A stretch of 64,000 nt of DNA from Candidatus Cloacimonadales bacterium (GCA_963674825.1 OY771587.1:480001-544000); one strand, 5' to 3'. Counted from the stretch's first letter, positions 50,270 to 59,206 are shown. Notes: generated from the sequence alone by a model not told the origin. Made by a program: numbers and translations.

Positions 50270-51556
50270 CTACCGCATACTCTCCAGCGAACGATCCGAC
50301 ATCATCTGCTTCTTCAACTTCTTATCGCGAACATTCTCTTCCAGAGGCGGCAGTAACCCGAAATTAGCATTCATTGGCTGGAAATCTTTCACAGGTGTGA
50401 CAATATGCCGTTGCAACTGCCCCAGTATCGTAACATCGGGAAACAACCTGTATTCACCCGCAACACTCAGGGCTGCCAGCAATCCCCCCATGATCGATTC
50501 GATATACCCTTCCACCCCGGCAAGCTGTCCTGCCAGGTAAACGCCCGGCGCTTTCTTCAGGGAGAGGTCTTCGTTCAGGATTTCAGGCGATTTCAGGTAA
50601 GTATTGCGATGAATAGAGCCATAGCGCAAGAATTCCGCGTTCTGTAGTCCCGGGATCAAGCGAAAAATCCTTTTCTGCTCGGGATAACGCAACATCGTTT
50701 GGCACCCGACGAGGTTGTACGCGGTTCGCTCTTCGTTCTCGGCACGAAGCTGAATCGCGCCCCAGGGCCTTCTGCCAGTGCGCGGATTCTCAAGTCCCAC
50801 AGGCCGCATGACCCCAAATCTAAGGGTGTTCTCGTCACGCGAGGCAAGCTCTTCGATCGGCACGCAATTCTCGTAGAATCTGTAGCCAATCTCCTGAAAC
50901 CACTTCGTCTCGAATTCGTGCGCTTCGTGCTTTTCACCTTCTAGCAGCGCTTCGACAAATAGTCTGTATTGCTCCTTGTCGAACGGGCAGTTGATGTAGT
51001 CGTCATCGCCCTTGTCGTAGCGAGACTTGCTGTAGCAGATATCCATATCGATCGAATCAGCTGCAACGATAGGCGCGATTGCATCGAAGAAATAGAGCTG
51101 CTCCTCGCCAATCAGTGTCAGGAGCGAAGTCACCAGCGCTTCGGAGGTTAGCGGCCCGGATGCGATAATCGCCGGAGCTTGCGGAATGGTTTCGATCTCT
51201 TCCCGTATCAGCTCGATATTGGGATGCGCCTGGATGCGGTCGAGAACAGCCTGGGCAAACTGGATGCGATTGATCGCCAGCGCGTTTCCTGCCGGAACGC
51301 TATGCTGCTCGGCCATCTCGAGGAGGCGGCAATCGAGCTTCCGCAATTCAGCTTTGAGAAGTCCGGACGCGGTGGTGATGAGGTTGGATTTCAGCGAATT
51401 GCTGCAAACCAGTTCGGCGGGTAGATCGGTCTCGTGCGCCGGGGTCATCCGGTGGGGGCGCATCTCGTAAAGCCGCACATTCCAGCCACGGTCTGCAAGC
51501 TGAAACGCCGCTTCACAACCGGCCAGACCAGCTCCAACGATCGTGATTTCTTTCAT
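50270..51556 (-). CDS. trmFO: Folate/FAD-dependent tRNA (U54) methyltransferase TrmFO
   Basis: GAGLAGCEAA, YEMRP, AELVCSNS, FFDAIAPI, RYGSIHRNTY, AGQLAGVEGY, FQPMNANFG. Confidence 0.96.
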   Translation of the reverse strand: MKEITIVGAGLAGCEAAFQLADRGWNVRLYEMRPHRMTPAHETDLPAELVCSNSLKSNLITTASGLLKAELRKLDCRLLEMAEQHSVPAGNALAINRIQFAQAVLDRIQAHPNIELIREEIETIPQAPAIIASGPLTSEALVTSLLTLIGEEQLYFFDAIAPIVAADSIDMDICYSKSRYDKGDDDYINCPFDKEQYRLFVEALLEGEKHEAHEFETKWFQEIGYRFYENCVPIEELASRDENTLRFGVMRPVGLENPRTGRRPWGAIQLRAENEERTAYNLVGCQTMLRYPEQKRIFRLIPGLQNAEFLRYGSIHRNTYLKSPEILNEDLSLKKAPGVYLAGQLAGVEGYIESIMGGLLAALSVAGEYRLFPDVTILGQLQRHIVTPVKDFQPMNANFGLLPPLEENVRDKKLKKQMMSDRSLESMR

Positions 51557-51628
51557 GAAAACTCCTGCTGTATGATTCGATTCTTGACACCAAAAGCAAA
51601 GGTTGAATCTTGGTGAAACGAGGTCAAC

Positions 51629-52603
51629 ATGAAAAAGCGAATTCTGATTATAACGACAGGCGGAACCATCGCCATGAAGTTCGAAGAGGACAAGGGCGTA
51701 GTGCCCGGTGCCGATCCCATCAGTTTTCTAAAATCGTTCCCTCAGCTGCTTCACGCTGCCGAGATCGAAGTTTTTGAATTTGCCAACATCCCCAGTCCCT
51801 ACATGACACCAGCAAAGATGTTCGAACTGGCACGACTGGTCGATGTAAAAATCGTCGATTACGACGGAATTGTGATTACGCACGGTACCGACACGCTGGA
51901 GGAAACCTCTTACATGCTCGATCTGGTGCTGACATCCCGGAAGCCGGTCGTTTTCACCGCAGCTATGCGCAGTGGCACTGACCTCGGCTTGGACGGCCCA
52001 CGCAATATCGTCGGCGCAGTTCGGGTTGCAGGAAGTGAAGAATCGATCGATAAAGGCGTGCTGGTAGTGATGAACGACGAGATTCACGCCGCACGCGATA
52101 TCGTCAAAGCCAACACCGGCAAGGTCGAATCTTTTATTTCCAAGGACTACGGCATCCTCGGCATCGTAGATCCAGACAAGATCGTTTACCACCGGCAGAT
52201 GATCCGGCGAGATTCCGTATGGACCGATGAAATCGAGACCAATATCGACATGATCCGCGCCTGTGCTGGCATGGACGGGCGCTTTGTCGAACGCTCTATT
52301 GACTGCGGCGCAAAAGCGATCGTCATCGAGGCATTTGGACGAGGAAACCTTCCACTTGAGATGCTTCCGTCAATCGAAAGCGCTATCTCGAAAAACATCC
52401 TGATCGTAATTGTGTCTCGCTCTTATTCCGGGCGCGTGCTTCCTGAATATGGGTACGACGGTGGTGGTATGCATCTGGAACGAATGGGCGCAGTTCTGGG
52501 TGGTGACTTCAGAGGCCACAAGGCGCGTATCAAACTGATGGCGCTCTTTGGAAAGTACAAAGATGCCGAGTTGGTCAAAAAGTTCTTCGTGAATTCGCTT
52601 TAG
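51629..52603 (+). CDS. L-asparaginase (cytoplasmic)
   Basis: TTGGTIA and THGTDTLEET catalytic motifs; no signal peptide. Confidence 0.93.
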   Translation: MKKRILIITTGGTIAMKFEEDKGVVPGADPISFLKSFPQLLHAAEIEVFEFANIPSPYMTPAKMFELARLVDVKIVDYDGIVITHGTDTLEETSYMLDLVLTSRKPVVFTAAMRSGTDLGLDGPRNIVGAVRVAGSEESIDKGVLVVMNDEIHAARDIVKANTGKVESFISKDYGILGIVDPDKIVYHRQMIRRDSVWTDEIETNIDMIRACAGMDGRFVERSIDCGAKAIVIEAFGRGNLPLEMLPSIESAISKNILIVIVSRSYSGRVLPEYGYDGGGMHLERMGAVLGGDFRGHKARIKLMALFGKYKDAELVKKFFVNSL

Positions 52604-52640
52604 AAAAGCAGGTAATGATTCGGCGATCTGCCAGGAAACA

Positions 52641-53756
52641 TCACTTCATGGAACGAATCGCATCTTCGTATATTTCAAGAAGTTTATTCGTGCGAATAGC
52701 AGATGTCATGTTGTTCTGAACGAATTGCCAGGCATTTTGCGCCATACGAGCCGACTCCGATGGATTTTCGCGTATCCTCTTCATACTGGCGACAATCGCC
52801 TTGGGGTCGCGCATAGGAATTAACAAACCCGTTTCGCCATCGAATATCATCTCGCGGTTGCCGGCAACATCGGTAGATATTATCGGCAGCCTCATCGCGG
52901 CTGCTTCACGCACGGTACCCGTCAGGCCCTCTTCCGCAACGCCAGTGAAAACGAATGAATTGAATGCCGCATAATAATCCTGAGTATTCTGCCTGAATCC
53001 GGCAATAACAACGCTTGATCCCATCCGGTCTTTATACGGTTTTAGCTCGGGATTGTTTTCATCGACCCCTACCAGCATCAATTTATCATCCGTGTAATCT
53101 TTGCGATACTCCAGAAAACCTTCCATCATGTATTCAAAGCCTTTTCGAGGACCGGTATTACCAACAAAGCCCCAAACAAATGTCTCGGTAGAAATCCCAA
53201 ATTGTTCCCGAACATTACTCTTCAGATCCGGATAGAAAACGTTTGGATCAATCGAGCCATAAACCACTGTGATTTTATCTGGATTGATCCCGCCAGTCTT
53301 GACCATCACATCCTTCACCGCCTTCGAAACGGCAATGATACGCCTCACCCTGGGATAATGATATTTTCGCGAATTGAAGAAATCGAGAGCATTGGTCACA
53401 CCGCGGTTGGCGATAACGGGAATGCGGGTTCCCATTGTGGCAAGAATCGCATAGTCAGTGGCCCTACCTTTATGGGCATGGATGATTTCGATTTTATGTT
53501 CGCTAATGAATTTCCGCAAATGAGCCACGGTTCGCATGGTTCTGATGGCAAGGATCGGCTTCCTCAGGTCGTCGATCATAAAATCGATACCCTGATCGAG
53601 AAACCTCTCGCGATTCTCTCTCGAGCAGTCAGGCCCGATACCGCAAACCACGCTAACTTCATGACCCAGACGGTGAAGTTCGTTTGCCAGACGTACCATT
53701 TGAATTGTGCCACCACTTCGAAGTTTGTTTTGAGCTGATAGCTGCATTATTCTCAT
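52641..53756 (-). CDS. Glycosyltransferase family 4
   Basis: RIIAVSKAV, PRKG, EGLTGTVREAAAMRLPIISTDVAG. Confidence 0.9.
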   Translation of the reverse strand: MRIMQLSAQNKLRSGGTIQMVRLANELHRLGHEVSVVCGIGPDCSRENRERFLDQGIDFMIDDLRKPILAIRTMRTVAHLRKFISEHKIEIIHAHKGRATDYAILATMGTRIPVIANRGVTNALDFFNSRKYHYPRVRRIIAVSKAVKDVMVKTGGINPDKITVVYGSIDPNVFYPDLKSNVREQFGISTETFVWGFVGNTGPRKGFEYMMEGFLEYRKDYTDDKLMLVGVDENNPELKPYKDRMGSSVVIAGFRQNTQDYYAAFNSFVFTGVAEEGLTGTVREAAAMRLPIISTDVAGNREMIFDGETGLLIPMRDPKAIVASMKRIRENPSESARMAQNAWQFVQNNMTSAIRTNKLLEIYEDAIRSMK

Positions 53757-53815
53757 TGAACATCCCCCTGTTCACTGATATGCGAATATAACTCAGAAAT
53801 TCATTTTCGTTACAT

Positions 53816-53853
53816 AAAAAACCGGTATTGAAAGCCAAAGCCTCAATACCGGT
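53816..53853 (-). terminator. Terminator after the response regulator
   Basis: ACCGGTATTGA...TCAATACCGGT followed on the minus strand by TTTTT. Confidence 0.75.
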
Positions 53854-53882
53854 ATCTATACAGTTGTTGTTTGATTTTCCCT

Positions 53883-54554
53883 TTATTCGTCCTTCATGAT
53901 ATAGCCTTTTCCACGCACCGTGTAGATGAGCTTCTTGCTGAAACCGCGATCCATCTTGTTACGCAGGTGGTGGATATAGACATTAACGACGTTGGTTACT
54001 GGGTCGTAGCTCATGTCCCAGACATTCTCCACGATTTCCAGTTCGGAGACCACGCGGCCCTTGTTGCGCATGAGGAATTCGAGCAACGCGTATTCTTTGC
54101 CTGTCAACTGAACGACTTTACCCGCGCGATTCACCCTGCGGCTGAGGAGATCGAATTCAAGATCGGCTACTCTGAGCACGATTCCCTTGTATTCATTGTC
54201 ACGGCGAAGCAGTGCGCGTATACGTGCGATCAATTCGCTGAACGAGAAAGGTTTGCAGAGATAGTCGTCAGCTCCAGCATCAAGACCTTTGATCTTGTCT
54301 TCGATCGTGTCTTTACCCGTGAGCATAATAACGGGTGTCAGGATTCCCTGTTTGCGCATGGTCCGGCAAACTTCCACGCCATCCTTTCCTGGAATCATGA
54401 TATCCATTACGACTAAATCGTATGTGCTTTTCGAAATTTTATCAATGGCCTCATTGCCATTTGCTGTAACTTCCACCACGAAGGACTCTTCCTCAAGACC
54501 CTTCTTGATGAACGCTGCAACCTTTTGTTCGTCTTCAACCAGTAGTATTCGCAT
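53883..54554 (-). CDS. OmpR/PhoB-family response regulator (CusR/CzcR-like), no adjacent kinase
   Basis: MRILLVEDE, GLDAGADDYLCKPF, LTGKEYALLE, VYIHHLRNK...TVRGKGY; ATG 54554 after GGAGG. Confidence 0.93.
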   Translation of the reverse strand: MRILLVEDEQKVAAFIKKGLEEESFVVEVTANGNEAIDKISKSTYDLVVMDIMIPGKDGVEVCRTMRKQGILTPVIMLTGKDTIEDKIKGLDAGADDYLCKPFSFSELIARIRALLRRDNEYKGIVLRVADLEFDLLSRRVNRAGKVVQLTGKEYALLEFLMRNKGRVVSELEIVENVWDMSYDPVTNVVNVYIHHLRNKMDRGFSKKLIYTVRGKGYIMKDE

Positions 54555-54641
54555 ACTGCGTACCTCCATTTAATCTAAAACCAAAACTCACTTGCATGAT
54601 TCTAGTTAAGACACTCTATCTTTTTTTTATCATAGATATAT

Positions 54642-54668
54642 TAAACCGTCGCGCCAAATTGCCGATAA
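54642..54668 (+). promoter_or_regulatory. Sigma-28 (FliA/SigD) promoter
   Basis: TAAA (54642-45), a 15-nt spacer, then GCCGATAA (54661-68): an exact match to the consensus. Confidence 0.85.
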
Positions 54669-54681
54669 AAAAATGTATATT

Positions 54682-54716
54682 TTTTCGCATGGATGCAAAA
54701 TTGATTCAGGGAGGAA
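54682..54716 (+). promoter_or_regulatory. Two CsrA/RsmA-type binding sites in the 5' leader
   Basis: GCATGGATGC hairpin (54687-96, ANGGA) flanked by T/A runs, and ATTCAGGGAGGAA (54704-16) overlapping the Shine-Dalgarno. Confidence 0.7.
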
Positions 54717-54719
54717 GAA

Positions 54720-54860
54720 ATGAGCATTCGCAATGAATCACGTCAAACCGTGTCACTGAGCATCGATTCGATCGAAAAACTGGCCGGTCTGACGCACAAT
54801 CAGATTATCGAGCATCGCACAGACGCGATTATCGCACAGGTAGCACAGATACCTGCATAA
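54720..54860 (+). CDS. 46-aa flagellin-C-terminus-like microprotein
   Basis: MSIRNESRQTVSLSIDSIEKLAGLTHNQIIEHRTDAIIAQVAQIPA; GGAGG SD; residues 16-45 match the flagellin tail pattern D-x7-(L/F)T-x-N(Q/N)I(L/I)-x5-A-hh-AQ-x2-Q-x-P without gaps. Confidence 0.7.
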   Translation: MSIRNESRQTVSLSIDSIEKLAGLTHNQIIEHRTDAIIAQVAQIPA

Positions 54861-54905
54861 TTCGTCAACGCTTTGTTTCGAAAACGTCTTCCTTTGACGT
54901 TTATG

Positions 54906-54943
54906 AAAATGCCGCTCTGGAAACCCTGAGCGGCATTTTTTAT
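54906..54943 (+). terminator. Bidirectional intrinsic terminator closing the sigma-28 unit and the ABC operon
   Basis: AAAATGCCGCTC...GAGCGGCATTTTTTAT. Confidence 0.85.
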
Positions 54944-55024
54944 CATCTGAGAGGCTCGCTTGTCTTAGAATTCGATCCCTCTCTATTCTCTATTCATTGT
55001 TCACTGTACTTCGTAAATTATCCC

Positions 55025-56836
55025 TTATCCTGTTAGCAACGCTTTTTCGTTCTCCTCCAAGAACTGGTTCGTGTAGAGCTTGTAGTAATAGCCCTGCAAG
55101 CGAATCAGGTCGTGATGTGTTCCCTCTTCGATGATCTCGCCATTGTTAATTACCAATATCCTGTCGGCTGAACGAATCGTCGAAAGCCTGTGCGCGATGA
55201 GGAAGCTCGTCCTCCCTACCAACAGCTTATCGATAGCGTCCTGGATAAGGTGCTCAGTTTCGGTATCGATCGAGGAAGTCGCCTCGTCGAGGATAAAGAT
55301 CTGCGGATCGGATATAATCGCGCGCGCAAAAGAAAGCATCTGCTTCTCGCCGGTGGAGAGCATGTTACCGCCTTCGCCCACGCTCGTATCGAGTCCCTTC
55401 TCCATGCGAGCGATGAGCCTGTCGGCATTGACCATTTTCAGTGCTTGCATGATCTCTTCGTCGGTCGCGTCCAACTTCCCATAGCGGATGTTGTCACGGA
55501 TTGTGCCATTGAAGAGGTGCGGTGTCTGAAGCACCACGCCGATGTTCGACTGCAATTTCTCCAGGGGGATATCGTGGCTATCGACGTCATCGAACCGGAT
55601 GTTTCCCGATTGCGGCTGATAAAACCTGCAAAGCAGATTTACGAGCGTTGTTTTGCCGGAACCGGTCTCCCCCACCAACGCGATCTTTTCGCCGGCGCGG
55701 ATGGTGAGATCGAAATCATTGAACACGGTCTCGCCTTCCTTGTAGGAAAAGTTCACTTTATCGAAGCTAATCTCCTTTTCGATGCGGAATGGCTTGTTAC
55801 CCCAGCTCTTGATACGCTCTTCGTCGTCTTTGATCTCAACTTCTGTGTCCAGGAGTGAGAAGACGCGTTCTGCTGAGGCTTGCGCGTTCTGCATCTCCGC
55901 GAAGATTCGAGCGATTTGCCAAACCGGCTCGAAGAACTGAACGATATAAGAGGTAAACGCCACCAGCGTACCGTAAGTCATCACTCCAGCGATGACCCCC
56001 GAACCACCGAACCACACAACGAGCCCCGAACCCAATGCGCTGATAAACAGCACGACCGGGAAGTAGATCGCCGAAAGAACCGCAGCCCGAACCGACGCTC
56101 CGTACATGGAGCCGCTCAGCGTCTGGAATTCCTTCAGATTCGCCTTCTCGCGCACCAGCGTCTTGGTCGTCTTGGCGCCGTTGATGCCTTCATTGAAAGC
56201 ACCTGTTATCTTCGAATTGATCTTGCGCACCTTACGATAGGAACCCAGGATCACCTTCTGGAATTTCAGGCTGACGATCACCAGAACCGGCACCACCGAA
56301 AGCGCGATGAGCGCCAGCTTCCAGTTGAGGATCAGCATCACGATCGATATACCGATCATGAGGGCTGTTCCCCACACCATATCGACAATACCCCAGGCGA
56401 TGGTCTCGCCGAGGCGTTCGCAGTCGGAAGTCAGGCGAGCCATGAGCCAGCCGACCGGCGTGCGGTCGAAGTATGTGAAAGAGAGCTGTTGCAGTTTATT
56501 GAATCCGTCCCTGCGGATATCGTAGATCATGTTCGTTTCCAGCTTTCCCGCGATCAGGATAAACAAGCAGATCACAAACCCGAAGAGGGTAACGATACCG
56601 AAGTATAGCGCAGCGAAACCCCAAATGCCATCGAGGTTCTTCGGGACAATGTAGTGATCGATCACGTATCGCGTGAACAGCGGAAACACCGTGTCCATGA
56701 GTGCTGTCAGCAACATGCAGGCGAGGAGTATCCCCACCAGCACCTTGTATTTCATCGCATAACGGAATACACGTACCCACAGCTTGAGGTCGAATCGCTT
56801 CGTGTAATCTTGTTCTTCGAATGCTGTATGTGCCAT
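55025..56836 (-). CDS. ABC exporter subunit (TMD-NBD fusion), multidrug/peptide type
   Basis: Six TMs; GETGSGKT; LSTGEKQ (non-canonical signature); ILDEATS; IAHRLST. Confidence 0.94.
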   Translation of the reverse strand: MAHTAFEEQDYTKRFDLKLWVRVFRYAMKYKVLVGILLACMLLTALMDTVFPLFTRYVIDHYIVPKNLDGIWGFAALYFGIVTLFGFVICLFILIAGKLETNMIYDIRRDGFNKLQQLSFTYFDRTPVGWLMARLTSDCERLGETIAWGIVDMVWGTALMIGISIVMLILNWKLALIALSVVPVLVIVSLKFQKVILGSYRKVRKINSKITGAFNEGINGAKTTKTLVREKANLKEFQTLSGSMYGASVRAAVLSAIYFPVVLFISALGSGLVVWFGGSGVIAGVMTYGTLVAFTSYIVQFFEPVWQIARIFAEMQNAQASAERVFSLLDTEVEIKDDEERIKSWGNKPFRIEKEISFDKVNFSYKEGETVFNDFDLTIRAGEKIALVGETGSGKTTLVNLLCRFYQPQSGNIRFDDVDSHDIPLEKLQSNIGVVLQTPHLFNGTIRDNIRYGKLDATDEEIMQALKMVNADRLIARMEKGLDTSVGEGGNMLSTGEKQMLSFARAIISDPQIFILDEATSSIDTETEHLIQDAIDKLLVGRTSFLIAHRLSTIRSADRILVINNGEIIEEGTHHDLIRLQGYYYKLYTNQFLEENEKALLTG

Positions 56837-56925
56837 TTTAATTTCTCCATCTCTGTAACTACCATTTGTTATGCGTCTTATTCCTGTTCAGGCCGTCGAG
56901 TGTGTAAGGATAGTACAAGACGTCC

Positions 56926-58797
56926 TTACGCCGGTTTCGGCTCTTCTTTATCTTCCATGTCGGTACGTTCAGATAGTATATCAGTTTCATCATCCAATTC
57001 ATGATGAACATCCTTCTCCAGTGCGTTCTGGATATTCCATATCCGCTGATACAGACCTTCCTGTCCCACAAGATCCCGGTGCGTTCCTTTCTGGACGATC
57101 TTTCCTTCGTCCAGCACCAGAATCATATCCGCCTCCACCAGCGTGGTGATGCGGTGAGCGATGATGAAGGTCGTAACCTTGTTCTCTTTCTTCTTCAGAG
57201 CAGCGCGAATGCGTGAATCGGTCTCCGTATCGACTGCGCTAAGCGAATCGTCGAAGATCAACACCGGCGCGTTCATGATGATTGACCGCGCGATAGCCAC
57301 TCTCTGTTTCTGTCCACCGGAGAGGGTCACACCTTTCTCTCCGACAACGGTTTCATAGCCCTTGTCAAAACGCTCGATCACGTCATGGATCGATGCGACT
57401 TCGGTCGCCTGGGCTACATGCTCGAAGGTCGCTTCGGGCGTTCCCAGACGGATGTTCTCTTCCAGCGTGCGCGAGAAGAGGAAGGGCTCTTGCAGTACGA
57501 TCGCGATATTCTGCCTGAGGTATTCGCGGTCGATCTCGGTGATGTCATGCCCGTCCAGCTTGATCTTTCCTGACGTCGCATCGTAAAGCCGCGGGATGAG
57601 GCTTACCATGCTGGTCTTTCCAGACCCTGTCGGTCCCAGGATTGCCACGGTTTTGCCAGCTTCTACTGTGAAGCTGACATCCTGAAGGACCGGGTTTTTG
57701 CCGTCATAATCAAAGCAGACGTTCTCGAATTCGATTCGACCACGGATAGGCTCGGGCTTGATCCCGGTATTCTCGAGCGGTTCCTCCGGCTCGTCCAATA
57801 CCTCCTGGATACGCGTCACCGAGACGAACGTCTTGCCCATGTCGGTGAGGATGCGTCCCATCTGACGGATAGGCCACAGGAGCGAGTGGACGTAGCTCAC
57901 GAAAGCGACCAGCGTACCGATGGTTATCTCGCCATGAACGGCGCGGTATGATCCGATGATCATGATGACCAGCACCTGCAGGAAGCAGAGCGTGTCCGAG
58001 GATCCCCAGTAGAATCCCATCAGCCGGATGAACCGGTACCATTTATCGCGGTTGTCCAGATTCCTGGACGCGAATTTATCGATCTCGAACTGCTGCCGGT
58101 GAAACGCCTTCACCACGCGGATGCCGGAGAGATTCTCCTGGAGCATCGCCGACATGGCACCTTCGGCTTCATCAGCCAGCTTGAATTTCTTCTCGACCTT
58201 CATGAAAAAGATCACCGCGAAGGTGAAGATGATCGGGATCACCGACATCGACGCCAGCGTCATGCGCCAGTCGAGCGAGATCATGATCGGCAGCACCATC
58301 GCCAGCATGAATAGCGCGCGACCCACTTCCACAAACTGCATCGCCAGGAAGCGGCGGACGGTCTCGACGTCCGAGGAGCAGCGCTGAATCAGGTCACCCG
58401 TCTCCACCTTGACGTGGTAGGAGAAGGGAAGCCGCTGGATGTGATTATAGAGCCGGTCGCGAAGGTTTTTAGCTGTCGATTCCGCTGCTTCCGCCAGCCA
58501 TTTTCCTTTTACAAAGAAGAAGATGCCCTGCGAGGCGGTGATCAACACCAGGATGCTCGCTAGCCGCCACAGGTTTGTCTGTAATGTATCTCTTCCACCC
58601 AATGCGTTCAGGAATCGCTCGCTGAGGGTTCCGCTGGCGACATGCATATCGCCGATCACTGAGTCGATGGTGATCCGCATGACCAGCGGTGACAGGAACT
58701 GGAAGAATGCGGCAATAATAATCGCCACGACCGAAAGCAGATAGAGCGTTCGGTTGCCCTTCATATATCCCCATAAAATCATTAACTTTTTCTGCAT
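56926..58797 (-). CDS. ABC exporter subunit (TMD-NBD fusion), heterodimer partner
   Basis: GPTGSGKT; LSGGQKQR; IFDDSLS (Asp in place of the catalytic Glu, typical of heterodimeric exporters); ATG 58797 after GGAG. Confidence 0.93.
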   Translation of the reverse strand: MQKKLMILWGYMKGNRTLYLLSVVAIIIAAFFQFLSPLVMRITIDSVIGDMHVASGTLSERFLNALGGRDTLQTNLWRLASILVLITASQGIFFFVKGKWLAEAAESTAKNLRDRLYNHIQRLPFSYHVKVETGDLIQRCSSDVETVRRFLAMQFVEVGRALFMLAMVLPIMISLDWRMTLASMSVIPIIFTFAVIFFMKVEKKFKLADEAEGAMSAMLQENLSGIRVVKAFHRQQFEIDKFASRNLDNRDKWYRFIRLMGFYWGSSDTLCFLQVLVIMIIGSYRAVHGEITIGTLVAFVSYVHSLLWPIRQMGRILTDMGKTFVSVTRIQEVLDEPEEPLENTGIKPEPIRGRIEFENVCFDYDGKNPVLQDVSFTVEAGKTVAILGPTGSGKTSMVSLIPRLYDATSGKIKLDGHDITEIDREYLRQNIAIVLQEPFLFSRTLEENIRLGTPEATFEHVAQATEVASIHDVIERFDKGYETVVGEKGVTLSGGQKQRVAIARSIIMNAPVLIFDDSLSAVDTETDSRIRAALKKKENKVTTFIIAHRITTLVEADMILVLDEGKIVQKGTHRDLVGQEGLYQRIWNIQNALEKDVHHELDDETDILSERTDMEDKEEPKPA

Positions 58798-58860
58798 AGT
58801 ACAATCTCCGGTAAAATCGTTTACTGTCTGTGTCCTGTCCTGTCTGAAGCGTCCGTAGCG

Positions 58861-58940
58861 AAAAAAAGCCACCGATCCGTTTGGACCCGTGGCTGGGCAA
58901 AAGAAAAGCCACGGACATTTTTCAGAACGTCCGTGGCTTT
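58861..58940 (-). terminator. Tandem attenuator terminators in the ABC operon leader
   Basis: Minus strand AAAGCCACGGAC...GTCCGTGGCTTTTCTTTT, then AGCCAC...GTGGCTTTTTTT, both upstream of the ABC start codon. Confidence 0.8.
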
Positions 58941-58955
58941 ATAATAATTTTAAAT

Positions 58956-59054
58956 TTATTTCATATTCACCAACGGACGCATTTCGCCCTGCGAATCGAA
59001 GATAACGACTGCATTATACTTGCGAATCGTCATCAGAATGATTAAACTGGACAT
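58956..59054 (-). CDS. Putative 32-aa leader peptide
   Basis: GGAGG-TATGG-ATG; MSSLIILMTIRKYNAVVIFDSQGEMRPLVNMK*; stop lies about 15 nt before the first terminator. Confidence 0.65.
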   Translation of the reverse strand: MSSLIILMTIRKYNAVVIFDSQGEMRPLVNMK

Positions 59055-59180
59055 CCATACCTCCGTTATTTTTATTTTGATCCTATCTTTCTCAGCCGTT
59101 CCATCCTGTCAATATGTTTTTATCGTTTCATATACACTTTTTTCTGAATGCAAAGAAAACCCAGTTCCCCCTCCTATATC

Positions 59181-59206
59181 GGGAATGCAGACATCCCCGT
59201 CCGTAA
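59181..59206 (+). repeat. Degenerate REP-like hairpin, family A
   Basis: GGGAATGCAGACATCCCCGTCCGTAA. Confidence 0.55.

Noticed and set aside
54858..54890. Stop-codon read-through extending the mini-flagellin (*FVNALFRK)
   Set aside because: Similarity to the flagellin end (NVLxLL) is too weak and TAA is rarely read through; at most it hints at an ancestral longer tail.
59014..59058. Alternative 14-aa uORF MDVQFNHSDDDSQV in the ABC leader
   Set aside because: Its ATG abuts the SD with essentially no spacer; the ATG at 59054 has normal spacing.
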